Positions 60,487-64,000 of a stretch of 64,000 bases of DNA are shown one piece after another; positions within the stretch are counted from its first letter, which is position 1; the number at the start of each line of letters is the position of its first letter. A program made the position numbers and the translations under genes. Origin of the DNA: Clostridia bacterium (GTDB lineage Bacteria > Bacillota > Peptococcia > DRI-13 > DTU073); NCBI GenBank assembly GCA_028684195.1, contig JAQUGH010000001.1, positions 19,771 through 83,770 of the forward strand, in the 5' to 3' direction. The notes under the pieces were generated by a model. The model saw only the letters and a list, made by a program, of their open reading frames with translations, was not told the origin of the DNA and searched no databases.

Positions 60487-61152
60487 CTATAAACCTCTTT
60501 CTGGTTCTATCCACTTCTTCTCATTTCTATCTTTATTCACATGATTTTCGTCTCTATCAGGCTCTTGCCTTTTCTTGCAACTTTCACATATCTCGGTAAG
60601 TGTTTTTAAATCATCTCTTTCTGCACGAGTAAGTGCAGATCTCCCTTCTGTTCTCTTTTTTTCTTTTAATTCCTCTATCCTAGCCAATATGTTCTCTTCT
60701 CCATATTTATCCATTATACCTTTTTGACTTCTTAAATCCCATTCTCTCTTCTTTTCATTACACTGATCCAGTAGTTTTTTTCTTTCGATTTTAAACTTTT
60801 CCCTATTATCTTTAAGTTCAGAATCCAACCCAGCATCCAATTTCCATGTGGAGTGTTTTTCTAATATACACTCCGCATTTGCATCATGTTTATCAATTAA
60901 TTTTCCTGCTTCCTCACTAAATTCCTTTTTTATTTTAGCTTGATTAGCTCTTTTCATACCTTTTAACATTTCTGTAAAATTTACGTTATCTATATTTAGT
61001 ATTTCTCCCTTTTCAGCTGCCTCTAAACCAACTTCTTCATTATTTTCTTCCACAATTTCTGTAATCCTGTTTCTTTGTTCTTTTTCTCTTTGTTCACGTA
61101 GCAACACTTCTCTATTTTCCTCATTTACCCCATTTTCTATTTCTGCACTCAT
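60487..61152 (-). CDS. Hypothetical charged (K/E-rich) protein, paralog of 59797-60372
   Basis: The start is at ATG 61152, 7 nt after AGGGGGAG. The conserved blocks are as for the paralog. Confidence 0.55.
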   Translation of the reverse strand: MSAEIENGVNEENREVLLREQREKEQRNRITEIVEENNEEVGLEAAEKGEILNIDNVNFTEMLKGMKRANQAKIKKEFSEEAGKLIDKHDANAECILEKHSTWKLDAGLDSELKDNREKFKIERKKLLDQCNEKKREWDLRSQKGIMDKYGEENILARIEELKEKKRTEGRSALTRAERDDLKTLTEICESCKKRQEPDRDENHVNKDRNEKKWIEPERGL

Positions 61153-61350
61153 TTTTTCACTCCCCCTTTTTTGATTTATTATTTTATTCACATAATTCAT
61201 CATTTTGCTTTTTAAAACTATATGCTGTCTTTTATATAATTCAATATATTTGTCTTTTCCCCTGCAAACTATTTTATAAATGTTTACATCTCTATCAAAA
61301 GTTGTTTATACTGCCCCCTTTTGATAGAGATGCTCTTTTTATTTTAATTC

Positions 61351-62547
61351 TTATTTTTTCTCTCCAATTGTTGCCGTGAGATATAAGGTCTTATTCTGTC
61401 TATACACCAATATAATTGCTTTCTCACCTATCTTCATCTTTTTAACAATCTCCTGAATATTCTCTGGCTTATTAATCTGTTCTTTATTAAACTCAAGGAT
61501 TACATCTCCTCTTTGCAAACCAGCATTTTCAGCAGGTGAATCACCCTGCACCGAACTAATAAGAACACCTTCATTCTTTTTAAGTCCAAAATACTCCGCA
61601 ATTTCTTCTGTTACTGGTTGCATATATATACCTAACCAAGGTCTTATTATTTTCCCTTTTTCCATTAATTCATCAATAACCTGTTGTACTGTAGAACTAG
61701 AAATAGCAAAACCAATACCTTGTGCCTGTGCATTAATAGCAGTATTTATCCCCACAACTTCACCATCTAAATTCAAAAGAGGGCCACCACTATTACCTGG
61801 ATTAATGGAAGCATCAGTCTGAATGAAATTTTTAAATTCCTTTCCTTCAATGGTTATTGGTCTTCCTTTCGCACTTATAACACCTACCGTAACTGTATGA
61901 TCCAAGCCATAAGGATTGCCTATAGCAATTACCCAATTCCCAACTTTCATGGTATCTGAATTACCTAATTTAAGTATCGGCAAATCCTTACCTGCCTCAA
62001 TTTTTATTATTGCCAAATCCAATTCATCATCAGACCCTACAATCTTAGCTTCATAAGGTTCCTGACGACTCGACAGAGCTACCGTAATTTTTTCAGCTCC
62101 CTCTACTACATGATTATTAGTAAGTATGTAACCGTCCTTCGATATAATAAATCCGGAACCTAAACCTTCTGTTGTTCGAGGTGTAGAATCCCCTCCAGAA
62201 CCGTTTCCAAAAAATTCTCTAAAAAACGGATCATCAAAAGGATCTGCAAAATAATCATTCGAGCGTCCATTAACTTTTGTTTCAGTTTCAATTTTTACTA
62301 CAGCAGGTCCTGATTTTTCAACTATTTTTTCAATAGTATCGGTTCCAAACACCAAGTTTGATGTATTGCCCCCTGCATTTGAATTATTTTGACTAGCTAA
62401 TTGATACTCCGCTCTAACTGGTCTAAGAACACTCCAAGGGACATCATAACCCTTTGCTGTAAGATAAAAACCAGCACTAAACACGCCTCCAATAAAAATA
62501 AGCAACGTATAAAGTACCAACAGTTTATTAACTTTTAAACGATTCAT
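61351..62547 (-). CDS. htrA: HtrA/DegP-family serine protease with PDZ domain
   Basis: 398 aa with an N-terminal TM anchor. The catalytic triad context is TNNHVV, DLAIIK and GNSGGPL. The C-terminal PDZ domain includes GDSPAENAGLQRGDVIL. Confidence 0.9.
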   Translation of the reverse strand: MNRLKVNKLLVLYTLLIFIGGVFSAGFYLTAKGYDVPWSVLRPVRAEYQLASQNNSNAGGNTSNLVFGTDTIEKIVEKSGPAVVKIETETKVNGRSNDYFADPFDDPFFREFFGNGSGGDSTPRTTEGLGSGFIISKDGYILTNNHVVEGAEKITVALSSRQEPYEAKIVGSDDELDLAIIKIEAGKDLPILKLGNSDTMKVGNWVIAIGNPYGLDHTVTVGVISAKGRPITIEGKEFKNFIQTDASINPGNSGGPLLNLDGEVVGINTAINAQAQGIGFAISSSTVQQVIDELMEKGKIIRPWLGIYMQPVTEEIAEYFGLKKNEGVLISSVQGDSPAENAGLQRGDVILEFNKEQINKPENIQEIVKKMKIGEKAIILVYRQNKTLYLTATIGEKK

Positions 62548-62917
62548 ATCTATTCCTCCTAGATAAACATAACCTTAATGTTTTATAATAATTTTCTACT
62601 ATTTTTCCCTGTCTCGCCATTTACATCAATTTCACCTCCATATTCTCCACTAATTCACTAATAATAGATAATCCTTGGTCAATACCTTCTCCTAGTTTTA
62701 GAAAATTCTTCACGATAAAATAATGATTCTTTCACAAACAATCTCCATCCTATTAAACCACCCCTTGTAAAGAAGTTATCATCATATAGTTTGATTTTAC
62801 CACATTATTTATTAAAAATGAATATGGAATTCACCTATATATTTTCACCCAATAAACAAAAACCTTGACACAAACATAATGTTCGCACCAAGGTCTATGA
62901 TTATTTTCTGTGTGCTA

Positions 62918-64000
62918 CTAAGCTTTAACTTCCGCCAAGAAAATACCATCCTGAGCTATTTGTAATTCACGTGTAGCTAAATAGTAATCATAAAGAGCTT
63001 TTAAGTACTCTGACTTAGCTTTTTTCATAAGAAGCTCACTGCCCTCAAGCTGAACCTGCAAACCCATTTCTTGCTTACACAAAACCTTTGCCTGTTCATA
63101 TTCTACCTTAGTCGTCCCATATTTGTTTGTCTTATTCACTACCATCTTTTGAGCATTCCTATACTGATACCGGAGCCCTTCCAATGTATTTTGAATGTTA
63201 TATTTTGTCTGCTCTAGCTTTAATTCAGTATCTTGAATTTGTAATTTTATTTTATTGACAACATCTGAATGACGCTTGTTTTTTATTATATCATGTTCTT
63301 TATCATGAATAGTCCTATTATACTGCTCTACTTCTAACGATGCTTCCAGTGCCTTCTCATAAACCTCCTCTATATCACCAATTTCAACTGGATCAAATAC
63401 AGTAGGCGCTAATACCAGCGGTGCATCCCACTCACGTCCAATATTCCTATTCATCTGATATGTTAAAAGTACATACGTATTCTTCAAATCATTAAGTCGT
63501 TCTTCTTCGTCCCTTACCTTTTGTGAAGCCTTTGCTACATCTACCGCCGTACTCAATCCATTTTGATATTTAATTTCCTCAATTTCTCTTAATCTTTGTT
63601 GCAATGAAACATTATCTTTTTGCACAACTATAAAATCCTGAAGAGATAACATCGAAAGATATAACTTTTCTACTCCAAAACTAATCTTTTTATCCGCATC
63701 CTTCCTAATTCTGAGTGCATCATCATAACCATCTTCAAACCCCTCTTTTACATCTTCGATATCGTCTCGAGCATCCTTTAAAATATCTAAACCACTAAGT
63801 GAATAGGTAATAGCCTGCTTTTGAACCTCCAAAGCTGTTAACTCAGGAGTCAAAAGACGAAGCGACTCTGGATTTCCCCCAGTTTGAGCTACAAGATACG
63901 CTTGTTTAGCTTCAGTTGCCTTAAGCTGTTGCTTTAAATTTCCAATTCCTCCTCTAACCCCTGTATCTACATTCCTATACAGGTTTTTACTATCAATCTT
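62918..64000 (-). CDS. TolC-like outer-membrane-efflux-protein (OEP) family protein; reading frame open to the window end
   Basis: Coiled, repeat-rich sequence carries OEP-type motifs (YQNGLSTAVDVAKA..., EYLKALYDYYLATRELQIAQ). My translation of 63854-64000 shows 49 more in-frame codons with no stop, so the true start is beyond 64000. Confidence 0.6.
   Translation of the reverse strand, partial: KIDSKNLYRNVDTGVRGGIGNLKQQLKATEAKQAYLVAQTGGNPESLRLLTPELTALEVQKQAITYSLSGLDILKDARDDIEDVKEGFEDGYDDALRIRKDADKKISFGVEKLYLSMLSLQDFIVVQKDNVSLQQRLREIEEIKYQNGLSTAVDVAKASQKVRDEEERLNDLKNTYVLLTYQMNRNIGREWDAPLVLAPTVFDPVEIGDIEEVYEKALEASLEVEQYNRTIHDKEHDIIKNKRHSDVVNKIKLQIQDTELKLEQTKYNIQNTLEGLRYQYRNAQKMVVNKTNKYGTTKVEYEQAKVLCKQEMGLQVQLEGSELLMKKAKSEYLKALYDYYLATRELQIAQDGIFLAEVKA

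Noticed and set aside
62621-62713. 30-codon minus-strand frame (VKNFLKLGEGIDQGLSIISELVENMEVKLM) resembling the G2-box/C-terminus of a histidine kinase, upstream of htrA
   Set aside because: The idea of a decayed two-component kinase next to htrA is attractive. However, the similarity is short and carries a 2-residue insertion in the G-x-G-L-G-L box. No further kinase-like sequence is detectable upstream, so this is not enough to call a pseudogene.

Overview
AT-rich chromosomal segment from an endospore-forming, Clostridia-type Firmicute. It is mostly core genome, with about 60 genes, and most of them lie on the minus strand. Recognisable blocks, in order: (1) the start of the dcw cluster (mraZ-rsmH-ftsL-PBP-murE) with a five-copy MraZ-box array; (2) DnaD/DnaI-like replication loaders; (3) metF behind a riboswitch-like leader; (4) a signalling island with two sensory-type [FeFe]-hydrogenase-like genes (one fused to an MCP signalling domain), an RsbW-like kinase and a large Cache/HAMP/GAF/PAS histidine kinase with its OmpR-type regulator; (5) CoA-disulfide reductase-rhodanese; (6) the conserved rplU-prp-rpmA-spo0B-like-obg block, with an HUH (IS200/RAYT-like) transposase element wedged between rng and the rplU promoter; (7) radical-SAM TIGR03960/03936 pair; (8) split metH plus reactivation protein; (9) glnA, a patch of gene relics, pckA, tRNA-Leu(GAG), PFOR (nifJ), two-subunit class I fumarase, minimal SufCB-like pair with a divergent ArsR regulator; (10) spore lipoprotein, tandem unknown paralogs, htrA and a TolC-like gene running off the window end. 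No CRISPR array, rRNA or prophage was seen. The most interesting items are: (a) the tandem sensory hydrogenase / MCP-fusion / serine-kinase module; (b) a truncated S-box-like aptamer with an intact terminator/antiterminator platform upstream of metF; (c) an 11-bp-period AACAATNGTTW repeat array present at two unrelated loci; (d) the RAYT-like element and related CCCCGT repeats at a rearrangement junction next to a segmental duplication and pseudogene patch; (e) a long ACTAAC-rich leader upstream of PFOR. All functional calls rest on motif recognition by eye. No database search was run.
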